A DNA stretch of 64,000 nt, taken from a virus. The notes beneath the pieces are model-generated. The model saw nothing but the letters and a program-made list of their open reading frames with translations, made no database searches and was not told where the DNA came from. The position numbers and the translations under genes were made by a program. Positions within the stretch are counted from its first letter, which is position 1, and every line of letters starts with the position of its first letter. This document shows, piece after piece, positions 10,489 to 21,072 of the stretch. The stretch is taken from IMG/VR virus record IMGVR_UViG_3300027815_000003, positions 1-64,000 of that record; one strand, given 5' to 3'.

Positions 10489-11037
10489 TCATTTTATAAT
10501 TACCCTGTTTATCGCATCGCCCAAATCATTTACTCTTAATACATTGTTTGGTAAATCAATTATATTTTTGTTCCACGATTGATTAACTAGATAAAGTTTT
10601 TTATTTGGATAATTTTTTGCTTCTTCAACAGTTTTAGGACTATCATCTATCAAACAATCGATTGGAAACTCAAATTTGCTTAATCCATCACCGACAAATA
10701 ATAAATCGTGATATGGGATATTATAATTATTTAACCAACTTACGACAGAACAATGTGTATTGCTATCCCTATGAGTGATAATAGATATACGATGTTTTTT
10801 CATCAATTTCTTTAGTAATTTATCTGGATATTTATATTCAAGAGATAATTCATTGTCTTGCCACCAATTCCAAACTTGAAAAAATATTTCTCTTTGTTCT
10901 CTTTTAGAATAACCATGTTTTTGAAAAAAATCCCATTCTGTCACATCTTTTTTCGTAAAATCAGATAATCTAGAATTTCTCAATGCGGCAGAAATTAAAT
11001 CAGCCAAAACACCATCTACGTCTATCCCTATATTCAT
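10489..11037 (-). CDS. 5'(3')-deoxyribonucleotidase-like HAD phosphatase (NT5C family)
   Basis: IGIDVDGVLAD HAD motif I; ITHR; LIDDSP motif; NQSWN. Confidence 0.85.
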   Translation of the reverse strand: MNIGIDVDGVLADLISAALRNSRLSDFTKKDVTEWDFFQKHGYSKREQREIFFQVWNWWQDNELSLEYKYPDKLLKKLMKKHRISIITHRDSNTHCSVVSWLNNYNIPYHDLLFVGDGLSKFEFPIDCLIDDSPKTVEEAKNYPNKKLYLVNQSWNKNIIDLPNNVLRVNDLGDAINRVIIK

Positions 11038-11267
11038 GCCATTGCAACTACTTTCTCTGTATATTCCGTTGTTTCGATTTCAGTAAATCCTTGTATAAGC
11101 CATATCCGACGTTCTGGGTATTCTTTAAGAGTTTTTTCTAAGTCTATATTCGCCTGTACAAGTGTATGACATCCAAGCTGTATATCAACTGGACGAAAAT
11201 AGGTCATGTCTACAGTAATAGTTGGAAATACAAAAATTCTAAAGTTACCTTCGTAAGCCATATATCT

Positions 11268-11312
11268 ACTATAACACAATCTACAAACACTGTCAATACG
11301 TAATCTTACTTA
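11268..11312 (-). promoter_or_regulatory. motif promoter
   Basis: TAAGTA-N4-TACGTA-TTGACA-N17-TATAGT. Confidence 0.85.
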
Positions 11313-11313
11313 T

Positions 11314-11355
11314 AAAAAAAGGGGCCAGCAGGGTATTGTAACCCGACACGGCCCT
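11314..11355 (-). terminator. intrinsic terminator
   Basis: GGGCC...GGCCC GC-rich stem with inner GGGT/ACCC pairing, then 7 T. Confidence 0.8.
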
Positions 11356-12140
11356 TGTAGATATGAATTTTCATTATCACTATAATATATCTGTGGAAGA
11401 AAATTCTAAACAAACTTATTTAGGAAACTATCTATTATCGTTTTTTACAAGGTATCGTGATTGTCTTACCAGACTTGTTTCGCCTTGATATTTCATTTTC
11501 ATCCCGCTTGTAGTGGGGCTTATAAAAGAAATAATAACAAAATGTACCACATAGGAAACTAAATGTTTGTTTTTATCCTGGTTACTATTGTGTTTTACAA
11601 AACTTTTTTATCCAGTTGGAAGCCACTGTAATTATTTTTAGTGTATTCTGACTCTTACCAGATTTTTCTTGCACTGTCTACTCGTTTAAGACGATCAAGC
11701 TTGGTAGACCCCTTGATTATTTCCTCCCATCGGGAGGATATTTTTATGCTTCCACCGTATCTTTCGGGATAGCACTGACCAGTATTTTGTTTTATCCTGG
11801 TTTTATTTTAACAGCCCCGCTCAAATCAATGATAAACTCTTTTAGCTGTATTAGTCGTATCATTATTATCTTGCGAGATTTTCTATCTTCGGTGCTTATC
11901 ACACAGAAAGATAAAATTTGCCAACATCTAGAGTTGGACGATTCCGATGGTATTCAGCTTTCGCTAGTTCTTCTTTCAATGATTGACTATTGCCAATCTC
12001 CAGAAGCGTAGATTCGGCTATACCCTAGCCTATTTTTTCAACGGCCTTGTTTAGTCACCGTCTCTTTTCCCTTTTGAAACCCTAAAACTTTTTCTGTGGC
12101 ATTGAGAAGTCACCACATTCTTGTTCTTCAAAAAACAAAA
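11314..12140 (-). ncRNA. candidate large structured ncRNA (~0.83-0.92 kb)
   Basis: No credible ORF; many hairpins with GNRA-type loops; long-range GGGGCT/AGCCCC and GGAAGC/GCTTCC complementarity; bounded by promoter and terminator. Confidence 0.7.
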
Positions 12141-12144
12141 CTAT

Positions 12145-12204
12145 TTACTTCTTAGTCATAGTAGGAGTAGTTGTCTTACCAGCCTTTGTATCATTCTTTG
12201 CCAT
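12145..12204 (-). CDS. 19-aa leader peptide MAKNDTKAGKTTTPTMTKK
   Basis: Strong SD AAGGAAGGTGA upstream of ATG; lies just downstream of the promoter, 5' of the ncRNA candidate. Confidence 0.5.
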   Translation of the reverse strand: MAKNDTKAGKTTTPTMTKK

Positions 12205-12245
12205 TTTTATCACCTTCCTTTCTCAATCTTTCTTTCACTTTTTGT

Positions 12246-12291
12246 ATTATATCACACTTTTGTTGGTTTGTCAAATACGTAAATTTACGTA
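12246..12291 (-). promoter_or_regulatory. consensus sigma70 promoter with TACGTA dyad, driving the ncRNA candidate
   Basis: TACGTA-AATT-TACGTA-T-TTGACA-N17-TATAAT with extended TG. Confidence 0.9.
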
Positions 12292-12412
12292 ATAATCGGA
12301 TAAGCTAAAATAACTCGTTTACATTTACGGCAACTTTCCATATATTTGCTGTTATCTATAATAACTTTAGGATTATTTAATTTATTTCGGCAATAAATAC
12401 AATACTTCATTA

Positions 12413-14994
12413 TTATCTCCTCACTTCCCAATCTTGTTTATTCCCAATAATATATCTTTCCCAGTGATCAAGTTCTTTCTTTAGATTGTTCCTGGCTTTT
12501 TCTTCATCAAAAAATTGAGTTTGAAAAATTTTGGGTTTAGTTAAAAATTCCTGTAGCCATTTTATCCTACCGTTTTTGAATTGTTCTTCTGTATATATCT
12601 GACTATATTCCTTCCAGATATTTTCTGTATTTTCTTTATATATTTCCCAGTCTTCAGTCAACCCAGCTAAATCACAGTCAACCATAATTTTAGATGGGAT
12701 ATTAAACAAATTTTTCCCATCATGTCTAGTCGCTAAAATATAAGAGAAAATATTATCTTTACGATCTTTATTATATTCGTCATTATACTTATAGGTTCAC
12801 CGAAAACTTGTATTTGATAAGGAGTTACATAATCTTTTCTAATACTTGGATTATGTTTTGACCACAGAATATAACAACCACATTTCATTACCAATCTCCT
12901 AAAGGGCCATTACCATTAACCCAATTACAACAAGGAGAGCCTAAATGTTGTCTTTTATCACAATAACGACATTTTCTTCTAGCATTTCCAGAATAAGCTA
13001 AAACCTTACCGTTTTTATAATAAAATCTATCATTTTTATTTTCTCTATAAAAATGTAATCCAATATAACAACCGCATTTCATGTTACTACTTCTATCATT
13101 ATATATCTTTTCGCATAAGGTGCTTCGTACTTATCACAATAATATTTTCCATGTTCATCTTCAACTAAATACATTTCTTTTTTATATCTAAATTTAGTCC
13201 CACAGCGACAACATATAATATCTTTTGTATTATAAAATTTACCATCATAATCATACATAGGACATTGGCAACAACAGAAATATCCATTACTATTTAGATA
13301 CACATAGATATCTGAAGTAGACCATCTTGCATAAGCCATATTGTTATTATACACCAATAGCCCTTTATAGTCTATAAGTAATTTTACGTATTAAAAGAAA
13401 AGTTGCACATGCCGCCCATCCAAAAACAAAACCAAAAATAAATAAAAACATATTTATATTTCTTCTATACGTAAAATAAATCTATTCTTCTCATTATCAT
13501 TACAAGAATAACTAAAAATATCTCCTATCTCTTCATTACCTGTTTTTTTAAAAAGTAACATTCTGTTACAATCGCAAGAATAATCACCTTCTTCCCAATT
13601 AAATTGTTCCACTTTTGTATAGTTATCTAAAGATTTTATTTTTCGTTCTTCACCAGTTAAAGAGTCTGTTAAATATATATTAAACATATTAATCTTTCTT
13701 TACAAAAAATAACTTTACACCAGTAACTTGGCCTTCTTCAAAATAATTTTTACCAGAAGTAGATATTTCTAAAATACCAGTTAATTGATATTTATTAAAA
13801 TCATCATAATCAACATATGATTTAAGAGTATCTAAAATTTGCTGTAAAGTATCTCCTTTATGTAAAACCAGAGTAAATCTAACTGGTTCTTTTTCTATCA
13901 TTTAACACAAACCTCCAACATATAATCATTGTTTTCATAATGTGCGTCAATTATAAAGAAAACACTTTTTGTTTGTTTTATCCAATTTTCAGAATTTGTT
14001 TTTGCCGTATTATTCCAACTTTTCTCAAATAATGAAGTTACGACAATACCGTTTTCTTCTTTACATTTATTTTCTAGTTCAATTATTATATCTTTATTAA
14101 TATAATAATTAGAATATTTTTCTGTGTTACTACAAGCACATACTATAGTTAATAAAATCAATATAAAGTAAATATAATAAATTTATTCATTATCTCACTG
14201 TTTCCCTGTCTTGTTTATACGTATTTTTACATAACCTGTATCCTGCAAGTAAAAAATATGTTGAAAAAATAGCACCGCCACTAACTACACCAAAACAAAA
14301 TAAAAATAAATAACTCATTATACCACACCAATTAAATCTTTTTCATCATCGTCTGGTTCTACATCTTCCATATTATATTTTCTTTTATATTGTTTTAGTA
14401 CGCCATCAAAATTATTTCCAGTTGATAACACTAAATAATCATAAATATGTTGTACCGCATATTCTGTAGCTTTTCGCCATTGTTCATTAAGTAATGCTTC
14501 ACCCACTCTAGCATTATCTAGCTTTTCACTATTTCCTCTAACCTTTTTAATTACTTCAATTTGTTCATCACTGGTTAGTTTACTATTTTCAAGTTCTTTT
14601 ATATCCATTATTTTACTTCTTTCTCATTAGAATAAATTGCCAAGAATTTATTTCCATCTGTATGAGTATCTACGCATATCATTGTAAAATCTTTTCCTCT
14701 ATATGCCCATTTTTTAAGAAAACGTTGTGTATAAATTTCATCAGAATAAAAACTACCAGATATATTATTTCTTTCCCATTCAAAATCACAATCAACTAAA
14801 TCTTTCATTATTTTCTTTGATTCGCAATAATAAATACCCCAGTTATATCTATTTTTTATATTCTTTAAGTTATAACTAATAGTCCAATAATAATTGCGCC
14901 TATCGTCAATTGGAATAACAACCCAATCCTCTTTATATCCAAAATAATTGTATATTTGCTTCTGTAACTCTAAATAATCGTCAAGTAATTTCAA
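12413..14994 (-). other. block of small hypothetical CDS (12413-12709, 12888-13082, 13079-13357, 13454-13687, 13689-13901, 13898-14161, 14318-14608, 14608-14994)
   Basis: Packed minus-strand ORFs with overlapping start/stop codons; motif promoters near 13346-13390 and 14190-14226. Confidence 0.55.
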
Positions 14995-15676
14995 TTTTAT
15001 TGCCTTTCTCTAAATTACATTTTTCACACATTGGTTGTAAATTATCTAAACTATCATTACCGCCTAAAGATTTAGGGTAAATATGATCAATTGTTAACAT
15101 TTGTCCATTATCAGCGTATAGATTTAAATGATAATTTTTATCACCAAAAGTTCTTTCTTTTATAAAATGAGTTCCAGTTAATCCACATTTTACACAAGAT
15201 GTCCCTTTATTATGGAAAACTGAATATCTTATTGACGGACTTATTCTATCATTACTAACATAAAAATTTTTATCTAAATTTAATCTAAAGATAAAGGATG
15301 GGGTATAGATATCTGGTTTACGATACAAACATCTTCTATTATAAAAAATAAATTCATTATCTCTTAAGTCAACCAATTCTGTATGAGATTTTATTTTTGC
15401 TGAATTATTATTAAGTGTATCATTAAGAATAATTCCAAGTTCTTTTTTCTCTTTAGGATAAGAAATAAATTTCATGTTCCAAAAAATATGATTGTCAATA
15501 ATTACTTTCTCAAATCCATATTTTTGTGGATTTTTATTTTCAAATAGTTGTGTTAGTTTTTCTTTAACAAAAATTAATTCATCTTTACATTGAAACAAAG
15601 CCCAGGTATTTAATTGTATTTTATTAATAATATGTTTAGATATATTATTTCGTTCTGTGAAAGTTATTAATGTCAT
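14981..15676 (-). CDS. HNH endonuclease directly downstream of a tRNA
   Basis: CVKCG...LTIDHIYPKSLGGNDSLDNLQPMCEKCNLEKG; probable start MTLITF (the longer ORF runs into the tRNA). Confidence 0.85.
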   Translation of the reverse strand: MTLITFTERNNISKHIINKIQLNTWALFQCKDELIFVKEKLTQLFENKNPQKYGFEKVIIDNHIFWNMKFISYPKEKKELGIILNDTLNNNSAKIKSHTELVDLRDNEFIFYNRRCLYRKPDIYTPSFIFRLNLDKNFYVSNDRISPSIRYSVFHNKGTSCVKCGLTGTHFIKERTFGDKNYHLNLYADNGQMLTIDHIYPKSLGGNDSLDNLQPMCEKCNLEKGNKIEIT

Positions 15677-15689
15677 TTTATTTTTCTTT

Positions 15690-15783
15690 TGGCAGGGGTG
15701 GAAAGAATCGAACTTTCTAATATGATTTTTCATCACACCAGTTTTGGAGACTGGCTTACTTCACCAAACAGTAATGCACCCCT
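15690..15783 (-). tRNA. tRNA with CCA (Trp) anticodon and long variable arm (Ser-like body)
   Basis: AGGGGTG/CACCCCT-G-CCA; TTAC/GTAA D stem; CCAGT-CTCCAAA-ACTGG; V arm TGTGAT-GAAAA-ATCATA; GAAAG-TTCGATT-CTTTC. Confidence 0.85.
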
Positions 15784-15798
15784 CTATAAAAATTATTA

Positions 15799-16590
15799 TT
15801 ACACTTCATTTTTCTTTTCCATTTTTGGAAATAATCTAGGAGGCCAAGCCCAATTCCCAGTTCCCGCAAAAGATGTCAGGAAATTAATTGGCCCAGTTAG
15901 CGCCATTAAAAAAGCAAAAATTGTATCTTCATTCTTTAATGCATATTTCTTTTCCAAACCAGCTAAAGTAATAGCAGAGGCAAAAAGACCAGCAGAATAC
16001 CATAGAATAACTAAAATTATAATTATAAATACACTCATTTTTTATCCTTTTATAATACCCCTAGCCATAATCATATATTCAGGTGAATAATAAAATTTAT
16101 CATAATTCTATTAATCTATAGCTTCGGGGATTATTATTTTCTAGCAATTACAATCTATGCTAGTCCCTCTAGCAATACTTTCTACCTCACAAGAACAAAG
16201 CCCCACATCATCTGGATCTTTGATATATCCATTAACTACCGCCCATTCTTTTAGAGCCCGAGCAAAACTTATCTGTCGCCCGATTCTTTCTACAAAGCGA
16301 GTATCCTTTGGATTAAAGAATGCCATTCCCTCATAAGAACCCTCTTGTGCTTCAATTATACAGCGAATAAAATCTTCCCCAAAAAAATAATGAGTAGATA
16401 CATGACGAGAACGCATCATTTCTACAAACTTTTGTAGATTACATTTAGGATACATCGTCTCAAGTTCCCCCAGAACATGAAATTCTTGCCTGTCTAAAAT
16501 TCCTCTTTCAATAAAAACATTAATTTTATTGTTTAGCTTAAAATTTTCAGACAATAATTCTTCAATTTTATCTTCTTTCTCTAAATACAT
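15799..16590 (-). other. two hypothetical CDS (15799-16038 membrane; 16141-16590)
   Basis: Hydrophobic N-terminus in the first; second starts at MYLEK (16590) after the HNH stop. Confidence 0.6.
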
Positions 16591-16591
16591 T

Positions 16592-17611
16592 TTAAATATA
16601 TCCTTTCTTATTTTTAGTTTCTTTTGTTGTTTTAATCCTATGACAGTTACCACAACGAATTTCACATTTTTCTATTTCTTTAAAAATTTTTTCTAATTTT
16701 ATCCCACATCCTATCATATTAGAGATATCATTATCTTTTTTACCATAAATATGGTCAAATTCTAACATTAATATATTAGTCTCTTTACAATCTACACAAG
16801 GATGAATCTGTAAATATTCTATAATTTTTAATGTATTTTGATATCTTACATATCTTGATTTTTCTAATTCTCTCAAATTTCTAGTTTTTCTTAAAGAAAG
16901 TGATTTATAAATATCTTGGCATCCATAACAATAATAATTCAAAGTATCTCGTGTTTTATTGTTAGGAAAAAATTGCTTATTTTCTTTTTTACAAATAACA
17001 CACTTTTTATTAAATTCTTTCTTGTTTAAAAAATTAACTTTAATACTTTGTTTTTCTTTATGTGTTTTTACTAAATGACAATTTACACATCTTATAACAC
17101 ATTTTTGTATTTCTCTATATATACTATCCCAAGAATATCTACCACCATACATTATAGCTATCCCAAATTTTTTATTTCCAAGATGATCAAATTCTAAAAC
17201 TAATGGATTTTTTTCTCCACAATCAATACAAGGATGTAAAAGTTTATATTCTAAAAGTTTTTGGTTTACATTTTTTTTATTTTTGTGATAAAAAATATAA
17301 TTACTATGTTGTATTATTTTCTTATTTTTCCCCCTATATTTCTCCCCACATTTTTTACAAGACGAATACAATCCATCTATCTTAGTTTTATCTCTCAAAA
17401 ATTCATTTTTATTTTTTATTATTTTACATTTTGTACAAAGTTTAAATCCTTCTGTTATAATTGGTTTCTCTGGAATAAAACCATATTTTTTAATAAAATA
17501 ATCATTAGATATACATTCTTTACACCAGTATCTTAATCCATCTTTATGTTTTTTACTTTTACTAAATTCACTTTCATTTTTCACAATTTTACATTTTGTA
17601 CATATTTTCAT
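16592..17611 (-). CDS. endonuclease with Zn-finger N-terminus and two tandem HNH domains
   Basis: MKICTKC...; two copies of HPC(I/V)DC.E.N...LEFDH...(K)C.IRC.NCH..KT; AAGGAG SD and GTATGATATAAT promoter. Confidence 0.85.
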   Translation of the reverse strand: MKICTKCKIVKNESEFSKSKKHKDGLRYWCKECISNDYFIKKYGFIPEKPIITEGFKLCTKCKIIKNKNEFLRDKTKIDGLYSSCKKCGEKYRGKNKKIIQHSNYIFYHKNKKNVNQKLLEYKLLHPCIDCGEKNPLVLEFDHLGNKKFGIAIMYGGRYSWDSIYREIQKCVIRCVNCHLVKTHKEKQSIKVNFLNKKEFNKKCVICKKENKQFFPNNKTRDTLNYYCYGCQDIYKSLSLRKTRNLRELEKSRYVRYQNTLKIIEYLQIHPCVDCKETNILMLEFDHIYGKKDNDISNMIGCGIKLEKIFKEIEKCEIRCGNCHRIKTTKETKNKKGYI

Positions 17612-17707
17612 TCTTGATATAACTCCTTGTACATTATTTCTGTACAATTACATTATATCATACTTTTCTATATTGTGCTTGAAAATCTATATCTATTAAA
17701 ACGAGTT

Positions 17708-17854
17708 TTAACGAGTTTTTAAAAGAAGTTCAATTGCTTCATCTAGAAGCCTTGTCATCGGAATATGAGAATTTTCAGAAAGCTCTTGAAGTTTTTGGTA
17801 AAGTTCTTTATTAAGATGAGTCCCCACCTTAATTCTATTTTTTAATTTAAACAT
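17708..17854 (-). CDS. ribbon-helix-helix protein (48 aa, below ORF-track cutoff)
   Basis: MFKLKNRIKVGTHLNKELYQKLQELSENSHIPMTRLLDEAIELLLKTR; beta-strand plus two helices with the IPMxRLLDEAI signature. Confidence 0.75.
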   Translation of the reverse strand: MFKLKNRIKVGTHLNKELYQKLQELSENSHIPMTRLLDEAIELLLKTR

Positions 17855-18011
17855 GATATTCTGTATTATTTTCCCTGTTCGTTTAGAACTTCTAACCTTT
17901 CTAGTTTACGCTTATTTTTATATGCCTCATCTAGTAGTTGCTCTAGTCGGTCTTCAATTGTAGGTTTATCCATTATATTTTCCCTTTCTTTCCTTTCTTT
18001 TATTTACCATT

Positions 18012-18056
18012 AGTTTATCACAATCTATTGCCTTTGTCTATACGTATTTTTACGTA
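18012..18056 (-). promoter_or_regulatory. motif promoter
   Basis: TACGTA-AAAA-TACGTA-TAGACA-N17-TAAACT. Confidence 0.85.
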
Positions 18057-18346
18057 TATTTTTAGACTTTTATTCTCCTATAACCTCTATAATTAATTCT
18101 GGATATTTACCAGTATCAAAATCTTTGATAAACTGTCTTACATTTTCTGGTAAGATATATCTTTGTTTTCTTACTACAAGATATTCCCATCCAGTTTCAA
18201 TTAGAGTATTCTTGTCAAAAGAGCGGTGTAATGTATTAGAAATTGGATCACTCCAGGGATTATAAAGTCGTCCTCTTGATAAACGCTTAATATTTAAATT
18301 AAATGTTTTATTAAGATATTGTATTACTTCCGTCTTAGAGGACATA

Positions 18347-18565
18347 TTATCTCGGCCAATCTTCCCAAGTAAGTCCAGCCCTATCCAAAAGCAATGATTT
18401 AAATTGCTCTTCCGTCATCACGTCTTTATGTGCTAAAGTCCAACTAGATAACATTCTACCTAATTTTTCCATAGATTCAAATAAAGTAGAGCCGTATGCG
18501 GTTAAACCAAATTCTTCAATTCGTGCAACCCAAGTTCCGCCAACTGGATGTTTACTAATTACCAT
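18347..18565 (-). CDS. HicB-like N-terminal domain protein
   Basis: GTWVARIEEFGLTAYGSTLFESMEKL resembles the HicB/UPF0150 pattern. Confidence 0.45.
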   Translation of the reverse strand: MVISKHPVGGTWVARIEEFGLTAYGSTLFESMEKLGRMLSSWTLAHKDVMTEEQFKSLLLDRAGLTWEDWPR

Positions 18566-18744
18566 TTCATTTACTCTCTCTTTTCGTAACCTGGAACATG
18601 TTTGGCAGCATTACGCTTTCTAGTTTTAATCATTGAATTATTTTTACGTTTAGAACTGGTTTGTGCGAACCTAATATTTTTCCGTTGTCCATGTTCAGTT
18701 TTCTTTTCTTGTGTCATTTTTATTTATCCTTTCTTATTTCCTAT

Positions 18745-18789
18745 AGTCTATTATATTCAACTCTGATTGTCTATACGTAAAACTACGTA
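18745..18789 (-). promoter_or_regulatory. motif promoter
   Basis: TACGTA-GTTT-TACGTA-TAGACA-N17-TAGACT. Confidence 0.8.
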
Positions 18790-19353
18790 TTTACAAAATT
18801 CACCACCATTTTATTCTCTCCGCTCCAATAAATTTCAAAATTCATTCTAATTTTTGTAAGATATTGAGAAACTTCTAAAACAAAAGCATTAGTTACTGCG
18901 ATATTTTTACCATAACCATCAATAATCCTACACACCAAACTTTCACTTCTCCCTGATTCGTTTATCTCATATTTTTTTTCTAAATCAGTTATTACCCGTT
19001 CTACATCTTTATTAATAATCTTACCATAATTATAATAATATATACAAAATTTTTGTTTCATTACCAACACCATTTCTTATCTAATTCTTTTTCAGTAAAT
19101 TGCTCTGGTCTTTCATTTTCCTTTAATGCTACTTTTTGGATATAGTCTTCATTAACTTTTTTATATCCACATTGAGTACAAATATTATATCTTAATCTAT
19201 ACCAAAAATACATTTGCCCTTTTGGATTATATTTTCCCCCATATTTACCACCATAAATCCATTTTCCTTCCTCTAAAAAAACATAATTTTCTGTAAATTC
19301 GTGAAAAATCTTATGCCAATTAATTTTCATTTTATTTATCCTTTCTATATTCT

Positions 19354-19872
19354 TTATTGTAATGCAGCCAAATAACCTTTTTCTGGCTCAAATATATGTG
19401 AAAATGCTGCAATAAAAGTCCCACCTAACCGTCCGTTCCCGTCTTGCCAGGGGTGCAAGGTCTCTATGTCTCCGAACCACCCCAACAAACTATCTATATC
19501 TTTTATATTACCACGCCACGCTTCCTCAAAATTATTCATTAATCTTTCTATATTTTCATATCTAGGAGGTAAATGATTCCCAACAATTACATTACATTCT
19601 CTAAAATATCCAGACCAACTTTTATCTATAAAAATAAATGCATGGATAGAATTTAAATAAATGTTTAGAGGATATGTCATTTTACTTGTTACAATAATAT
19701 CAATTGCATCTTCTGTATTCTTTACATACTTTGGATAATCTTCATGCCAAGAATTGATAATATCTGCGGCAACAGAAATAGAGGATACCCATTTGAATTT
19801 AGGTATCCAGATATTTTGTCTCAAATCACCGAACTTATATAGTTTCGGATTTGCCTCTATTATATTTTCCAT
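19354..19872 (-). CDS. Fic/Doc family protein
   Basis: LHPWQDGNGRLGG, a variant of HPFxDGNGRxxR lacking the last Arg. Confidence 0.8.
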   Translation of the reverse strand: MENIIEANPKLYKFGDLRQNIWIPKFKWVSSISVAADIINSWHEDYPKYVKNTEDAIDIIVTSKMTYPLNIYLNSIHAFIFIDKSWSGYFRECNVIVGNHLPPRYENIERLMNNFEEAWRGNIKDIDSLLGWFGDIETLHPWQDGNGRLGGTFIAAFSHIFEPEKGYLAALQ

Positions 19873-20868
19873 TTAATCCCACCAACTGTTTAAATGTTTT
19901 CTTAAGATTTTATAAAGTAATTCTTTATCTTGTTCTTGTAAATAAACGACAAAAGCATAGCGTCTTTTAATATCATTAGGATAAGGATAACGTAAATCAG
20001 CATTACTAAAATATTGTGAATCGTTTAACATTCTTTCCAATAGATGTTCAGCAATTAACATTTGTTTTAGTTTATGTTTAGGTACTATATTATGTTCATC
20101 TAAATGAAGCCTTGTTTTTTGGATCTGAAATTTCATTAATTGTAGAATTGTAGAATAATCATAATCTGGTTTGTTCCAATAAAATATAGAAATTTCTACA
20201 CTTCGTTTTATTTTATACGGAAAATTTTTTATAAAACGCCAAAAATTATTAAGTTTTTTAAACCACATATTAATCTAATCTTTCTTTTTGATAAAATGCA
20301 AAGGTAAAATTATCCAACTCATAAATAAAAGTACAAACGAAGTAATAGCAATAATTTCCATTTGTGACACCATCCTTTCTATCTTTAGTATAACAGAAAG
20401 ATGTTACATTGATATTACACTGGTGTTACTTTTTTGTTAAAGCCCTAATCGCTTAAATAATTCTCTTGCTTGATCTCCAGTAAGACCATATTTTATAAGG
20501 GCGTTAAAAACAACAATTTTATCCATTTCATTTTTATCTATTATTTTATTATTTATCATTTTGAAATCCTTTTCCAATCTTCTAATACCTTTTCTGAATC
20601 AGTGCCACAATCATATTCTTTGAGATATGTAATGGCATAAATCATATTTTCTCCACCTAAACCACTATGTCTAAGATAATCAAGTAGACCAAATGCTCTA
20701 GTTTGAGATACTTTATTATTATATATAATGTCTGGATTTGATTTTGTTTCTGTTAGCATATTTCTCATTATTATTTCTTTCTGGTTAATCTAGGCTTCGT
20801 CATATATTAGCTTGCTTTTAGCTTTCGCTTTCACGCTTTTTGGTATCCGCCTTCGATTGACTATAACA

Positions 20869-20913
20869 AGTATACTATATTTGAGAATTAAAAACAATAC
20901 GTAATTTTACGTA
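20869..20913 (-). promoter_or_regulatory. motif promoter
   Basis: TACGTA-AAAT-TACGTA-TTGTTT-N17-TATACT. Confidence 0.75.
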
Positions 20914-20922
20914 TTTATAAAA

Positions 20923-20955
20923 GCTCCAGATAGGATTTGAACCTATAACCAGTCG
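20923..20955 (-). pseudogene. 3' remnant of a tRNA
   Basis: GTT-ATAGG-TTCAAAT-CCTAT-CTGGAGC-T; 5' half absent. Confidence 0.65.
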
Positions 20956-20974
20956 AAATAAAATTATTATATTG

Positions 20975-21072
20975 GCCTCCAATGTAAGATAAGATAAAGT
21001 CATATCATCTACAATTAGACATGGATAAAAATTTGAAAGAAACCTATATTTACCTGTAAAACTATTAATCAT
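20975..21072 (-). pseudogene. N-terminal fragment of a NADAR family protein
   Basis: MINSFTGKYRFLSNFYPC..V.D..Y.TLEA matches the NADAR N-terminus, then runs into the tRNA remnant. Confidence 0.65.

Larger units (their letters stand above)
8305..10492 (-). other. block of small hypothetical CDS (8305-8514, 8504-8803 His-rich, 9162-9428, 9510-9737, 9743-9948, 9960-10148, 10283-10492)
   Basis: Packed minus-strand ORFs; motif promoters at 9008-9052 and 9472-9516. Confidence 0.55.

Noticed and set aside
11787-12011. 74-aa plus-strand ORF
   Set aside because: Antisense to the ncRNA candidate, TTG start, no SD or motif
11314-12140. RNase P RNA, tmRNA or group II intron as the identity of the long non-coding region
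   Set aside because: No GAGGAAAGUCC P4 signature, no tRNA-Ala-like ends with an internal tag ORF, no GUGCG start or domain V motif found by eye
15690-15783. tRNA-Sec
   Set aside because: Anticodon is CCA rather than UCA, and the acceptor stem is 7 bp
15689-16090. 133-aa plus-strand ORF, and likewise 29188-29460
   Set aside because: They begin in the reverse complement of tRNA genes (MAGVERIEL, MAPSAGDAP are typical antisense-tRNA translations)
20790-20862. GC-richer segment with AAAGC repeats just downstream of a promoter
   Set aside because: Could be a short basic peptide or small RNA, but has no start codon with SD and no convincing stem
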